A DNA stretch of 61,927 bases, filler included. It is 6 parts of 6 records of this genome, joined end to end, with 100 filler letters (N's around TTAATTAATTAA, not from the genome) between each part and the next. Parts side by side here need not be neighbours in the genome. Positions count along the whole stretch, not along the records: positions 20,737 to 45,410 come from SRR20825010_1775; 5 more parts are not named here. One strand, 5' to 3'. Position 1 is the first letter of the stretch; each line of letters begins with the position of its first letter. Under the pieces are notes generated by a model. The model saw only the letters and a program-made list of their open reading frames with translations, was not told the DNA's origin and ran no database searches. Of the stretch, positions 26,945-37,841 are shown in pieces. A program made the translations under genes and the position numbers.

Positions 26945-27763
26945 TCAGGCCCCGCCATTGAGGGTGATGCCCTCAGGCACAGAAGTCCGCGAGAACAGAC
27001 GGAAGAAATTCTGCGTCGTCAGCTTTGCCATTTCCTCCGCCGAGACTCCGCGCAATTCGGCGAGTGCCTGATGGGTATGGGCGACATAGGCAGGCTCATT
27101 CCGTTTGCCCCGCTTTGGCACTGGCGCGAGGTAGGGAGAGTCGGTTTCGACCAGAAGACGGTCCAGCGGTACATCGCGCACCGTCGCGCGGATGTCCTCG
27201 GCATTCCTGAAGGTGATGATGCCGCTCAGCGAGACATAGAAGCCGATATCCAGCGCCCGCTCGGCCAACCGCCTGCCACTGCTGAAGCAATGCAGGACGC
27301 CCGTGTAGGGCTTGCGGGCATATTCCGCTTCCAGCAGCGCGGCCGTGTCCTCATCCGCATCACGGGCATGGACGATAAGCGGCAGTCCGGTTTCCTGGGC
27401 TGCCCGGATATGGGTGGTGAAGCTGCGGTGCTGCGCATCACGCGGGGCGCTGTCGTAGAAATAATCGAGACCGGACTCGCCGATGCCGACGACTTTCGGA
27501 TGCGCGGCAAGCTCGACCAGTTCCTCAACGGATACTTCCGGTTCCTCCCCCGCCTGATGCGGGTGAATGCCGACGGAGCAGAAGACATCGTCATACTGCT
27601 CCGCGATCATGCGGATTTTCGGAAAGGTCGTGACCCGGGTGCTGATCGTCACCATGCGGCAAACACCCGCCTGCCGGGCCCGTTCGATCACCTCGTCCCG
27701 TTCTTCCTCAAAGGTCTCGAAATCGAGATGGCAGTGGGAATCGACGATTGCCGGCGCGTTCAC
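26945..27763 (-). CDS. tatD: TatD-family hydrolase
   Basis: DSHCHL, GIHPH, GESGLDY, IVHAR, LHCFS, VETDSPYLAP. Confidence 0.95.
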   Translation of the reverse strand: MNAPAIVDSHCHLDFETFEEERDEVIERARQAGVCRMVTISTRVTTFPKIRMIAEQYDDVFCSVGIHPHQAGEEPEVSVEELVELAAHPKVVGIGESGLDYFYDSAPRDAQHRSFTTHIRAAQETGLPLIVHARDADEDTAALLEAEYARKPYTGVLHCFSSGRRLAERALDIGFYVSLSGIITFRNAEDIRATVRDVPLDRLLVETDSPYLAPVPKRGKRNEPAYVAHTHQALAELRGVSAEEMAKLTTQNFFRLFSRTSVPEGITLNGGA

Positions 27764-29296
27764 TCAGGCCTCCGCTACTTCCGGTTCGACATACCGCGGG
27801 AAGACCGGGCTCGGCTTCGGCAGTTCCGTTCCGGGAACCAGCCGGTTTCCCAGAGCAGAGAATTTCCGCTCCTCCTCGGCGAGGGCGAGCTGATCCAGCA
27901 TCTTCGCGGCACTGTCCGGGACGACCGGCTGCATCAGCACGCCGAGCACGCGGATGGTATCGGCCAGCACATAAAGCACGGTTGCCATCCGGTCCGGATC
28001 GGTTTTCTTCAGCCCCCAGGGAGCCATCTCATCGACATAGCGATTTGCATCACCGACGATCTGCCAGACCTGATCCAAGGCCTTGTTGAAGGCCTGCGCG
28101 TCATATGTTTGCCGCAATGTATCGAGCAGAGCTGCCGCCGCGTCCATCAACACCTTGTCCGCGTCGGTAAACTCCCCATGAGCCGGAACTTTACCGTCAC
28201 AATTTTTGGCGATCATCGAGAGAACACGCTGTGACAGGTTGCCGAAATCATTCGCCAGCTCGCTGTTCATCCGGTTGACCATGGCCGTATGGGAATAGTC
28301 GCCATCATTGCCGAACGGCACTTCACGCAACAGGAAGTAGCGCACCTGATCCAGCCCGTATTTCTCGATCAGCTCCAGCGGATCGATGACATTGCCGACG
28401 GACTTGGAGATTTTCTGGCCCTCGTTTGTCCACCAGCCGTGCGCGAAGACACGCTTCGGAAGAGGCAGGTCCGCAGCCATCAGGAAAGCGGGCCAGTAGA
28501 CCGCGTGGAACCGGAGAATGTCCTTGCCGACCATATGCAGGTCCGCCGGCCAGAAAGCCTTGTAATCGCTGCTCTCTGTATCCGGATATCCAGCCGCCGT
28601 GATGTAGTTCGTCAGCGCATCAAGCCAGACATACATGATATGGGCGTCGTCGCCCGGAACCTGCACGCCCCACTTGAAGCTGGTGCGGGAGACAGAAAGA
28701 TCGCGCAGGCCGGACTTCACGAAGCTCATGACTTCGTTGCGCCGCGCGGACGGAGCGATGAAATCAGGATGCTCCTCGTAATATTTCAGCAGCGGTTCCT
28801 GCCATTTTGAGAGGTCGAAGAAGTAGCTCGGCTCTTCCACCCATTCGACAGGCGCGCCTGTCGGTGCCTTGCCGTCGACAATTTCGGTTTCGGTGAAGAA
28901 TGCTTCGTCACGCACCGAATACCAGCCTTCATAGGCGCCAAGATAGATGTGACCCTTCTCCAGCATCTTGTTCCAGATGGCCTGACAAGCTTTCTTTTGG
29001 CGTTCTTCCGTCGTCCGAATGAAATCGTCGTTCGAAAAATTCATGGCGACCGCAAGGTCGCGGAAATTCTGAGACACCTTGTCAGTGAAGGTTTGCGGAT
29101 CGACGCCGGCATTGGCGGCAGCGGTCTCAACCTTCTGCCCGTGCTCGTCGGTGCCGGTCAGGAATTTGACCTCATAACCGTCGAGACGCTTGAACCGCGC
29201 CAGCGCATCACAGGCAAGCGTCGTATAGGCGTGGCCGATATGAGGCTTGTCGTTTACGTAGTAGATCGGTGTCGTCAGGTAATAATGCGCGCTCAT
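27764..29296 (-). CDS. metG: Methionine-tRNA ligase (short form)
   Basis: TTPIYYVN, HIGH, GTDEHG, YVWLDAL, GKDI, KISKS; start ATG 29296. Confidence 0.97.
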   Translation of the reverse strand: MSAHYYLTTPIYYVNDKPHIGHAYTTLACDALARFKRLDGYEVKFLTGTDEHGQKVETAAANAGVDPQTFTDKVSQNFRDLAVAMNFSNDDFIRTTEERQKKACQAIWNKMLEKGHIYLGAYEGWYSVRDEAFFTETEIVDGKAPTGAPVEWVEEPSYFFDLSKWQEPLLKYYEEHPDFIAPSARRNEVMSFVKSGLRDLSVSRTSFKWGVQVPGDDAHIMYVWLDALTNYITAAGYPDTESSDYKAFWPADLHMVGKDILRFHAVYWPAFLMAADLPLPKRVFAHGWWTNEGQKISKSVGNVIDPLELIEKYGLDQVRYFLLREVPFGNDGDYSHTAMVNRMNSELANDFGNLSQRVLSMIAKNCDGKVPAHGEFTDADKVLMDAAAALLDTLRQTYDAQAFNKALDQVWQIVGDANRYVDEMAPWGLKKTDPDRMATVLYVLADTIRVLGVLMQPVVPDSAAKMLDQLALAEEERKFSALGNRLVPGTELPKPSPVFPRYVEPEVAEA

Positions 29297-29395
29297 GGAG
29301 GTATCCGATCGGCGGTCGCTGCCCGCTTCGGCGGACAATCAGTGAATCTGGTGCATTGAGGTACCGCCCGCTCCTGTCAGTTTCAAGGCGAAACG

Positions 29396-30511
29396 TCAGG
29401 AAGCAGCATGATTCGGTGCCAGGGAATAGAACACATCCATCAACAATTGCCGCTTGTCGAGATTGAGGCCGATGCCTTTTCCGAGGAGCGACGTTATCCG
29501 GGAGCGCCGTTCCGCCACACCGGCCGGGCCGAGTGTTTCGGTGAGTTTCTGGGCGGCTGCCCCCATCCCCCTGATCCGGTCGATAGGGGCTTCTCCCGCC
29601 GCGGCATCCCGCGCGATACGCCCGAGCCACCAATCCAGAAGGTTCATCCCGGTCTCAAACGGATCGCTTTCCTCTGCCTTGACCGCACGCGTCCAGCGAT
29701 CCGCCAGCTCCAGCAGCGACAGGTCCTGCAGTGACGGATAGCTGCTGAGTGCACCAAAGATGTCCTCAAGTGCGGCAATACCGCCTTCGGCTGCCAGAGC
29801 AAGCGCACGACCGATGCTTCCTTCCGAGATTGCAACCAGGGTTTCAACCGTCGCCGGATCAAGATCTGGTTTGTGAATGCTCAATAACTCGGTGATCTGA
29901 CCATCGGAGAGCGGACCAAGGCGAACGGATCGGCATCGGGATCGGATGGTTGGCAGCAAACGGCCGGGCGTGTGGCTGACAAGGATGATCAGCGCTTGCC
30001 GGGGCGGCTCTTCGAGCAATTTCAGAACAGCATTGGCGGCATTCCTGTTCATCTCGTCCGCGCTGTCGAGAATGACCACGCGCCAGCCGCCGAGCGATGG
30101 TGTCAGTCTCAGGAAGCTGCCGATCTTGCGAACATCGTCAACGACGATCTCGCCACGCATCTTTTTACGTTTCTCATCGTAACCACGCTCGACCACCAGC
30201 ATATCCGGATGGCTTCCGGCGGCGATCTGCGAGAAAACGGGATCGTCACGCGAGACATGAAGATCGGCGGCAGCGGGCGGCAAGGCATCGCCGAAAAGTC
30301 CCGGCCCCTCGTCCTGAACTCCGCCGGACAACACAAAACGGGCAAACCGGTAAGCAAGCGCGGCCTTACCAATTCCCGACGGTCCCGTGATCATCCAGGC
30401 ATGAGGGATGCGTCCGGAGGCAATCGCATCATGCATCGCTGCCTCGGCTGTTTTATGGCCGATCAGCATCTCGTTTTCGCGTGGCATAGGGATTGCGCTC
30501 TCTTCGCTCAT
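29396..30511 (-). CDS. holB: DNA polymerase III delta-prime subunit
   Basis: HAWMITGPSGIGK, HPD, AANAVLKLLEEPP, LLPTIRSRC; between tmk and metG. Confidence 0.93.
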   Translation of the reverse strand: MSEESAIPMPRENEMLIGHKTAEAAMHDAIASGRIPHAWMITGPSGIGKAALAYRFARFVLSGGVQDEGPGLFGDALPPAAADLHVSRDDPVFSQIAAGSHPDMLVVERGYDEKRKKMRGEIVVDDVRKIGSFLRLTPSLGGWRVVILDSADEMNRNAANAVLKLLEEPPRQALIILVSHTPGRLLPTIRSRCRSVRLGPLSDGQITELLSIHKPDLDPATVETLVAISEGSIGRALALAAEGGIAALEDIFGALSSYPSLQDLSLLELADRWTRAVKAEESDPFETGMNLLDWWLGRIARDAAAGEAPIDRIRGMGAAAQKLTETLGPAGVAERRSRITSLLGKGIGLNLDKRQLLMDVFYSLAPNHAAS

Positions 30512-31176
30512 CAAAGCGCTCCCAACCTGCTGTTGACCAGTTTGGCGATCGTCAGGCTTACGGATTCGGCGTCACCGGCGGCGTCGACCAGCGCGACCCT
30601 GTCCGGCTCTCCATCGGCAATCTCCCGGAATCCCTCGCGCATGCGCTGGTGAAATGCGAGTTTCATCCGTTCAAAACGGTCTTCGGCGCCGCGCCGCACC
30701 GCTTCATCCGAGACACGGGTGCGGGCAAGGCCGACTTCGGGATCAAGATCGAGGATAATCGTCAGATCGGGAGTGAGTTCTCCGAGCACGATCTTGTGCA
30801 AGGCCGCGATCTTGCCGCGATCTAGACCATGTCCGTAGCCCTGATAAGCCATGGTGGAATCGGCAAACCGGTCGCAGAGCACCCATTTGCCTTTTTCGAG
30901 CGCGGGTTCAATCAGGCGGCGGACATGGTCCCTGCGGGCGGCATAGAGCAACAGCAGCTCCGTCATCGCATCCCAGCGATCCGGATCACCGGTGACGAGA
31001 AGTTCACGGATTTGCTCCGCTCCGTCCGAACCGCCGGGCTCACGTGTCAGGCAGACCGCTTTTCCCGCCTGTTCCAGTGCCGCCGCCAAAACACGGATCT
31101 GGGTGCTTTTGCCAGCCCCCTCACCGCCTTCAAATGTGATGAAGCGTCCTCTTACAGAGGCCGCGAGATCAGCCAC
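30511..31176 (-). CDS. tmk: Thymidylate kinase
   Basis: FITFEGGEGAGKST, TREPGG, LCDRFADST, PDLTIILD; GTG start approximate. Confidence 0.95.
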   Translation of the reverse strand: MADLAASVRGRFITFEGGEGAGKSTQIRVLAAALEQAGKAVCLTREPGGSDGAEQIRELLVTGDPDRWDAMTELLLLYAARRDHVRRLIEPALEKGKWVLCDRFADSTMAYQGYGHGLDRGKIAALHKIVLGELTPDLTIILDLDPEVGLARTRVSDEAVRRGAEDRFERMKLAFHQRMREGFREIADGEPDRVALVDAAGDAESVSLTIAKLVNSRLGAL

Positions 31177-32359
31177 CACTGCCCCAGACGAGGTATTCGA
31201 CCGCAGCGCCAACTTTACCGAAGACGCCAAGCTGGTCCACATCCTCAGCCGCATAAAGCGGGATCGTCACGTCATCCATATCCGGTGCCGAGACTTTCAG
31301 CATTGCCAGTTGCGTACCGGCTGCAATCGGGGCCGGAACCGGGCCTTCATAGACCACACTGACTTTCATTTTCTGGCGAGAGGAGCGTTTCAGCGTGAGC
31401 AACACGTCACTATCGGTCACCAGCGGGACTGTCTTGGCATTTCCCAGCCAGACGTCGGCATCGGCGACAATGGCGCCCTTCTCAAAGAGATTGTAATTAT
31501 CGAATTCCCGGAACCCCCAGTCGAGCAGTGCCTCGCTCTCGCGAGACCGCGCGGCAACGCTGCCCAGACCATTAACGACCAGCACCAGACGGCGGCCATT
31601 TCTGACGGCGGATGCAGTCAAGCCATACCCGGCGGCTTCCGTATGGCCGGTTTTCAGACCGTCCGCGCCCATGTTCTTGTAAAGCAGCGGATTCCGGTTG
31701 CCCTGTTTGATCTTGTTGTAGGTGAACTTCGTTTCCGAATAGATCGGGTAATATTCGGGGAACCGGCGGATGGTCTCGACGGCAAGGCGCGAAAGATCGT
31801 GGGCCGTTGTCCGATGCTCCGGATCCGGCCAGCCTGTTGCGTTACGGAAGGTGCTGCTGGTCAATCCTATCTCATGCGCCCGCCGGGTCATCTCCTCGGC
31901 AAACGCTTCTTCGGTTCCGCCAAGCGCCTCGGCCAGGGCGATTGCCGCATCGTTACCGCTCTGCACGATAATGCCGTGCAGAATGTCGTGCACAGCGACA
32001 CGGGTATTCACTTTCACAAACATCTTCGAGCCGCCCTTGCGCCAGGCCTTCTCGCTGATGGCGATGGTATCGTCCATCGAAAGCCGGCCGTCCTTCAAAC
32101 GCTCGAACGCCATGAAGACCGTCATGATTTTCGTCATGGAGGCTGGCGGCATCGGCTTGTCCGCATCCTTTTGATAAAGGATCGTGCCGGTGTCGTAGTC
32201 GAGAAGGATGGCTTCCCGTGCACTTGTCTCAAGCGCGGAAGCCTGTGACACCCAGAGCAGGTTGGCGGCAAGCAGGCCGGTGACAAGCAACCCGGCCCCG
32301 CCCAGGGCACGGCACGTGCTTCCGACTACTGCGTTCCATTTGCCGGTCAATATCATCAT
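31169..32359 (-). CDS. dacA: D-alanyl-D-alanine carboxypeptidase (PBP5/6 type)
   Basis: ASMTK (SxxK), SGN (SxN), KTG; signal peptide. Confidence 0.92.
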   Translation of the reverse strand: MMILTGKWNAVVGSTCRALGGAGLLVTGLLAANLLWVSQASALETSAREAILLDYDTGTILYQKDADKPMPPASMTKIMTVFMAFERLKDGRLSMDDTIAISEKAWRKGGSKMFVKVNTRVAVHDILHGIIVQSGNDAAIALAEALGGTEEAFAEEMTRRAHEIGLTSSTFRNATGWPDPEHRTTAHDLSRLAVETIRRFPEYYPIYSETKFTYNKIKQGNRNPLLYKNMGADGLKTGHTEAAGYGLTASAVRNGRRLVLVVNGLGSVAARSRESEALLDWGFREFDNYNLFEKGAIVADADVWLGNAKTVPLVTDSDVLLTLKRSSRQKMKVSVVYEGPVPAPIAAGTQLAMLKVSAPDMDDVTIPLYAAEDVDQLGVFGKVGAAVEYLVWGSGG

Positions 32360-32512
32360 GAGTTCCCCTCCCGCCCGAATGACGAGACGTTTTGGTCCAA
32401 CAAGTTATCGGCTTTCATAGCCCCAAGCGTTTTTCTGCATAATGCACAACTTTGATTGAAATGAGACACAGGGGGGGCTCTTTGCCAATTTTGCGCCTTG
32501 TAGCTATTGTTG

Positions 32513-33490
32513 TTACTCGACGATCACCCGCGCGCCCGGATATCCCCTGCTGATGACGGATTCAAGAATCCGGTCGGCATCCTCCGCCGTTGCCAGCGGG
32601 CCAAGGCGCACACGGTAGAAATATTTTCCATTCACCTGCCGGGGATCGATCCGAACCGGTCCGACATCGGCCAGAATTTGCGTCAGCTTGTCCGCGTTGT
32701 TCGCATTCGTAAACGCGCCGGCCTGAACGTATATTTCGGTAGGCTCCGGCTCGGTCAGAATCACCGTCTGGCTGCGGGACTGGCGCGCGAGATCAATGGC
32801 GCTGCCCTGATCGGCAGGACTTGGTGCTGTGGATACCGCAGGCGGCGGAGGCGTCAGGACGACAGCTCCGGGTATCTTTGAGACACTGCCTTTGGAAACA
32901 GCTACGCTCGGGGCCGCTTCCGGTGTCGGAACCGGTTCGGGATTCAGGCTGGCGAGCTGCACCGGCTTACCCGACTTATAAGCTTCCGCAAGCCGGCGGC
33001 TCTCCTCCGGCAGGACTTCGACCCGGACCTTCGCGGTTCCCTGGCGTTCGAAGCCCAGAAGCTGCGCGGAACGCCGCGAGAGATCAATGATCCGGCCATG
33101 GGCAAACGGCCCCCGGTCATTCACCCGGACAACCAGGGCGCGGCCATTCTCCAGATTCGTCACCCGCACAACGCTTGGCATCGGCAGGGTGCGATGCGCG
33201 GCGGTAACGGCATTCTGGTCGAAGATCTCGCCATTGGCGGTGTCCTTATTGTGGAAATTCGGCCCGTACCAGGACGCGATGCCCGTTTCAACGTACCCGT
33301 AATCGGCCTGAGGGTAGTACCAGACACCATTTATCGCGTAAGGAGAACCAACCTTGTAGCGGCCAACCGGCCTCCCATCGGACGTGGCGCTCTGGACCTG
33401 CTTGGCCGTATGCACCACGAACTCGGTCTCCGCACAGGCGGACAGGAACAAGGCAAGCGTCATGAACGAGAGCGTGGCGAGAGGTTTCAT
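32513..33490 (-). CDS. rlpA: Septal ring lytic transglycosylase RlpA with SPOR domain
   Basis: Lipobox LSAC, GIASWYG, TAAHRTLP, VRVNDRGPF, IIDLS, YVQAGAF. Confidence 0.95.
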   Translation of the reverse strand: MKPLATLSFMTLALFLSACAETEFVVHTAKQVQSATSDGRPVGRYKVGSPYAINGVWYYPQADYGYVETGIASWYGPNFHNKDTANGEIFDQNAVTAAHRTLPMPSVVRVTNLENGRALVVRVNDRGPFAHGRIIDLSRRSAQLLGFERQGTAKVRVEVLPEESRRLAEAYKSGKPVQLASLNPEPVPTPEAAPSVAVSKGSVSKIPGAVVLTPPPPAVSTAPSPADQGSAIDLARQSRSQTVILTEPEPTEIYVQAGAFTNANNADKLTQILADVGPVRIDPRQVNGKYFYRVRLGPLATAEDADRILESVISRGYPGARVIVE

Positions 33491-33584
33491 GTCTGTCCTT
33501 TGGGTCCGTTCGGCGCCCAGCTTACAACGGATATGCAATTTAAATTACGACACTACCATATCTCGTGGTCGATTTCGCGGTGAA

Positions 33585-34562
33585 CTATTCCTGTCCGATG
33601 GCTTCCGCAAGTGTGCCAACCGCCGTCGCGAAGTAGCTTGAGCGGTTCCATTTCAGGATGACCTCATAGTTCGAGTAGGCGAGATATGCCGGTGCCAGCT
33701 CACCGTCACCCGGAACCACCAACTGGCTTGTCAGGTTACGGCTTGGCAACGGGCCTCCATCGCGCCTGGTGACGCCCAGCGCTTCCCATTCCCGCATGGT
33801 CTTGGTGATTTTGGAATCGACAAGAGACTTATCGAAATTAGCGGGCAGACTGACAGCACGCCCCCAGGTTTCACTGTTGTTCCAGCCGGATTTGGACAGA
33901 TAGTTCGCGATGGACCCGAAGACATCGGCTTTGGTGCCCCAGATATCCTTATGGCCGTCCCCGTTATAATCGACGGCGAAATTATGGAAGCTGGAGGGCA
34001 TGAACTGACTCTGCCCCATGGCTCCTGCCCAGGATCCCTTCATGTCGCCCGGCGCGATATGGCCTTGCTCCAGGATTTTCAGCGCCAGCAGCAGCTCTTT
34101 GCGGAAGAAGGCGCTGCGGCGGCCGTCATAGGCCAGCGTCGCGAGAGAAGCGACGACAGGGAAGCCACCGGTGATACGTCCGAAATCGGTCTCCACCCCC
34201 CAAAGAGCAACAATGAAGCGCGGCTGGACACCGTATTTTTCGGAAACCTCCGTCAACAACGCCTTGTTCTCTTTCAGGAGCGCGCGCCCCTTCTGGATTC
34301 TGGCGTCCGGGACGACACGGGTCAGGTATTGCTCGAATGTCAGGGTGAATTCAGGCTGCTTTCGATCCAGCTCAACAACACGCGGGATCGGTGTGACGCC
34401 AGTTAAAGCCTGATCAAGGATGGACCGGCTTATCCCCTGCTTCTCCGCCTCGGCCTTCAGTTCCGTGACCCAGGCCTCGAACGGCTGTGTCGCGGCGGCG
34501 TAAGCAGAGGTGAAAGTGGCTGCCGAAAGCAGTCCCGCGAGTACCAGAATTTTTCTCAACAT
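33585..34562 (-). CDS. Lytic murein transglycosylase (MltB/SLT_2 family)
   Basis: DRKQPEF, ALWGVETDFG, GSWAGAMGQSQFMPSS, VDYNGDG, WNRSSYFA; start ATG 34562. Confidence 0.92.
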   Translation of the reverse strand: MLRKILVLAGLLSAATFTSAYAAATQPFEAWVTELKAEAEKQGISRSILDQALTGVTPIPRVVELDRKQPEFTLTFEQYLTRVVPDARIQKGRALLKENKALLTEVSEKYGVQPRFIVALWGVETDFGRITGGFPVVASLATLAYDGRRSAFFRKELLLALKILEQGHIAPGDMKGSWAGAMGQSQFMPSSFHNFAVDYNGDGHKDIWGTKADVFGSIANYLSKSGWNNSETWGRAVSLPANFDKSLVDSKITKTMREWEALGVTRRDGGPLPSRNLTSQLVVPGDGELAPAYLAYSNYEVILKWNRSSYFATAVGTLAEAIGQE

Positions 34563-34858
34563 ATCGATGCCCGATGCCCAGCCTGTGTGCCAAATGCAAT
34601 AAAGTATGTTGTGGCATAGGGGACTGGCGCCCGCAACAAAGCGCCGGGTCAGCTCACAACTCATTGATCCGGGACGAGAGTTTTCAAGACGCCTTCGCCC
34701 TTCCAGCCGTCACACTTGCGAATCTGACTGAACGGGGACCGGCAACGGCTTACCGCACCAACGCTTAGAAAAAGCACCGGGGTTGAGATTCGGTCTGGAC
34801 AGATTGATCACATTAGATATCCTGAATATGAAAATTAATCATATTTAAGAGATTACAA

Positions 34859-35692
34859 ATGAGACGAGTACTTCTTACCGGTGCGGGTGGAGGCATTGGC
34901 CGCCGTATGCGAAAGGCACTCGCCAACACCTATCCGATACTTCGTTCATCCGACATGGTTGAACTGGAGCCAGCGATGGATGGCGAGGAAGTCGTGCAGG
35001 CGGACCTGACAATTCAAGAGGATCTGGAGCAGATTGTTGATGGTGTCGACGGGATCATCCATCTCGGCGGCCTGTCCGTCGAGCATGAGTGGGACGGCAT
35101 TCTGCGCACCAATATTGATGGCGCATACCGCCTTTACGAGACCGCCTACAAAGCCGGGGTAAAACGGATCGTCTTCGCCAGCTCGAATCACGCAATCGGG
35201 TTTTATCCGCGCGGGCAGATCCTTGACGGATCGGAGCGCCCTCGCCCCGATTGCAGATATGGTCTCAGCAAAGTCTTCGGCGAAGCACTGTCTCAGTATT
35301 TCGCGGACAATTACGGCCTTGGCGTTCTCTCCATCCGTATCGGCTGGTGTTTCGAGAAGCCAGAAACCCAGCGGACGCTCGGATCCTGGGTCAGCATCGG
35401 AGATCTGGCGCAACTCTGCCGGATAGGGCTGGAAACGCCGGATTTGCACCACGAAATCGTCTTCGGCATGTCCGACAATTCACGCACATGGTGGGACAAC
35501 AAAACGGCGCGCCGCCTCGGGTATCAGCCCGGGGACTCATCGGATATCTGGGCGGCGGAAGTGGATAATTCCGGCATCCCGGAGCCGGGAGACGCCGTAG
35601 GCCTTGCCGTTCAGGGAGGTCCCTTTGCCAGCGAGGGATATCAGGGCGACCCGCTCCGGGTTGCCGCCAGCAGCGCTCAACCCAAGCCCTGA
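34859..35692 (+). CDS. udh: Uronate dehydrogenase-like NAD-dependent epimerase/dehydrogenase
   Basis: LLTGAGGGIG, FASSNHAIGFY, RPDCRYGLSKVFGE, SIRIG; upstream of kdgD. Confidence 0.8.
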   Translation: MRRVLLTGAGGGIGRRMRKALANTYPILRSSDMVELEPAMDGEEVVQADLTIQEDLEQIVDGVDGIIHLGGLSVEHEWDGILRTNIDGAYRLYETAYKAGVKRIVFASSNHAIGFYPRGQILDGSERPRPDCRYGLSKVFGEALSQYFADNYGLGVLSIRIGWCFEKPETQRTLGSWVSIGDLAQLCRIGLETPDLHHEIVFGMSDNSRTWWDNKTARRLGYQPGDSSDIWAAEVDNSGIPEPGDAVGLAVQGGPFASEGYQGDPLRVAASSAQPKP

Positions 35693-35736
35693 CTCAACAT
35701 CAGACTCTCTTCTCACCCCGTCTAGGGAGAATTGCC

Positions 35737-36663
35737 GTGTCTTTATCGCCCCAGAAGCTCAAGGCCCGTATGGCCACAGGCCTTCTGTCCTTTCCTGTCA
35801 CGCATTTTGATCAGGATCTGAAGTTCGCACCCAATCCCTATCAGGATCATGTTGCCTGGCTGGCCTCTTACGATGCCGCCACCCTGTTCGCCGCCGGCGG
35901 GACAGGTGAATATTTTTCCCTCGGTCAGGATGAATTCCCGGCCATCATTCGCGCCGCGGTCGAGGCTGCGGACGGACGCTGCCCGGTAGTTGCCGGATGC
36001 GGCGTGAATACAACCCGTGCCATTGCCGATGCGCGGGCTGCGGAAGCCGCTGGCGCCGATGGTCTGTTGCTGTTGCCGACATATCTGATGTCTGGCACCC
36101 AGGAAGGACAGATGGCCCATGTGAAAGCCGTCTGCCAATCCGTTTCCATCGGGGTCGTGGTCTATAACCGCGCCACATCCGTGCTTACGGCGGACAGTGT
36201 CGCCCGCCTCGCGGAAGAATGCCCAAATCTGATCGGCTTCAAGGATGGTGTCGGCGAAATCGACCAGGTGACCCGTATGCGGACCATGCTTGGGGACCGG
36301 CTGGTCTATGTTGGTGGAATGCCGACGCATGAGCTGTTTGCCGCCGCCTATGACGCTGCCGGGTTTAGTACCTATTCCTCGGCCGTCTTCAATTTCGTGC
36401 CCGAACTGGCGCTCAAATTCTATGCCGCCATGCGATCCGGAGATCGGCTGGTGATGGATGACATCCTGAAATCCTTCTTCTACCCCTTCGCGAATATACG
36501 GGACAAGGTGCCGGGCTATCCGGTCAGCCTGATCAAGGGTGGATTACGTGCTGTCGGCCGGGATCCGGGAAATGTACGCCCGCCTCTTTCTGCCGCGACG
36601 GACAAGCATGTCGAAGAGCTTGCCGCGGTTATTGAAGCATCCAGGCTGGCTGCCACCGCATAA
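35737..36663 (+). CDS. kdgD: 5-dehydro-4-deoxyglucarate dehydratase
   Basis: GLLSFPVTHF, FAAGGTGE, VVYNR, GFKDG, YVGGMPTHE, YSSAVFNFVP. Confidence 0.93.
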   Translation: MSLSPQKLKARMATGLLSFPVTHFDQDLKFAPNPYQDHVAWLASYDAATLFAAGGTGEYFSLGQDEFPAIIRAAVEAADGRCPVVAGCGVNTTRAIADARAAEAAGADGLLLLPTYLMSGTQEGQMAHVKAVCQSVSIGVVVYNRATSVLTADSVARLAEECPNLIGFKDGVGEIDQVTRMRTMLGDRLVYVGGMPTHELFAAAYDAAGFSTYSSAVFNFVPELALKFYAAMRSGDRLVMDDILKSFFYPFANIRDKVPGYPVSLIKGGLRAVGRDPGNVRPPLSAATDKHVEELAAVIEASRLAATA

Positions 36664-36687
36664 AAGTAGGATTCATTTTTCGATAGA

Positions 36688-36715
36688 TTGACCAATTTTT
36701 AAAAGGAGGCATACT
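36688..36715 (+). promoter_or_regulatory. Putative promoter of the TRAP genes
   Basis: TTGACC, 16 nt, CATACT. Confidence 0.45.
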
Positions 36716-36839
36716 TATCCGAGGAACACAGACGGCGCATGAACCGCCGCATTCCGCAACACGCATCGCATAAGAAAAAACAAACCAGTGATGCATCGGT
36801 TCCGGAGACACAACCGGACCAAAAGGGAGGAAATACAAA

Positions 36840-37826
36840 ATGTCGATGATTCACAAAATCGGATCTGCCGCGCTAGCAGTCGCCTTGCTCGCAAGCGTCT
36901 CCAGCAGTGTCGAGGCCGCAGAATGGAAGGGCTGGAACATTCACAAGCCCGGATATCCCAACACGGTCGCAATGGACAAGTTCGCCGAACTTCTGGTGCA
37001 AAAAACCGGCGGGCGTCACAGCCTGAAGATGTTTCATTCGGGTGTTCTCGGCAGCCAGCCGGATGCGATAGAGCAATTGCGCATCGGCGGCCTTGAAATT
37101 GGTAACTTCAATCTCGGGCCGATTGGGCCGATCGCACCGGAAGCGAATGTCGTCTCCCTGCCTTTCATCTTCAAGGACATGGAGCACATGCATCGGGCGA
37201 TGGACGGTGCTCCGGGTGATCAGATCAGTGCCGGCATGGCGAAAAAAGGCATGATCGCCCTTGCCTGGTACGATTCAGGCGCGCGATCTTTCTATAATTC
37301 CAAACATCCGATCAACAAGCCCGAGGACGTCAAGGGCATGAAGGTCCGGGTGATGAATAACGACCTCTATTCCGGGATGATTTCCGCCCTCGGCGGCAAC
37401 CCGTCCCCGATGGCGTTTTCTGAAGTCTATCAGTCTCTGAAGACAGGCGTTGTCGACGGCGCGGAGAACAACTGGCCATCCTATGAATCGACCGGCCATT
37501 TCGAGGTCGCTGGATATTATTCACTGTCCCAGCATCTGATCATTCCGGAATGTGTCTGCATCAATGCCGACGTCTATAACGGCCTCTCCGACGCGGACAA
37601 GACCGCGGTCAAGGAAGCCGCCCGTGAGTCCGCTGAATTGCAGCGGAAATTGTGGGCTGAACGGGCCGAAGCCAGCCAGAAAATGGTGATCAAGTCCGGC
37701 GTCAAGTTCAACGACGTGGCTGACAAGGCGGCATTCCAGGATGCCATGAAGCCGGTCTTCGAAAAGTTCCTGGCAAGCAACGAGGAACTGAAGCCACTCG
37801 TCGCAGCCATTCAAGCGACGCAATAA
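36840..37826 (+). CDS. dctP: TRAP transporter substrate-binding protein
   Basis: Signal peptide, LPFIFKD, YDSGARSFY, GMKVRVM, EVYQSLKTGVVDGAENN. Confidence 0.93.
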   Translation: MSMIHKIGSAALAVALLASVSSSVEAAEWKGWNIHKPGYPNTVAMDKFAELLVQKTGGRHSLKMFHSGVLGSQPDAIEQLRIGGLEIGNFNLGPIGPIAPEANVVSLPFIFKDMEHMHRAMDGAPGDQISAGMAKKGMIALAWYDSGARSFYNSKHPINKPEDVKGMKVRVMNNDLYSGMISALGGNPSPMAFSEVYQSLKTGVVDGAENNWPSYESTGHFEVAGYYSLSQHLIIPECVCINADVYNGLSDADKTAVKEAARESAELQRKLWAERAEASQKMVIKSGVKFNDVADKAAFQDAMKPVFEKFLASNEELKPLVAAIQATQ

Positions 37827-37841
37827 AGCTCCTGTCCCGTG

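Noticed and set aside
26939..28234. 431-aa antisense ORF over tatD/metG, and similar ones at 30992-32248, 47817-48743, 48892-49923 and 51578-52519
   Set aside because: Expected in GC-rich coding DNA; the opposite strand carries clear housekeeping genes.
27764..29296. MetRS lacking zinc-knuckle cysteines and the C-terminal domain, with KISKS
   Set aside because: A known short MetRS type common in Alphaproteobacteria.
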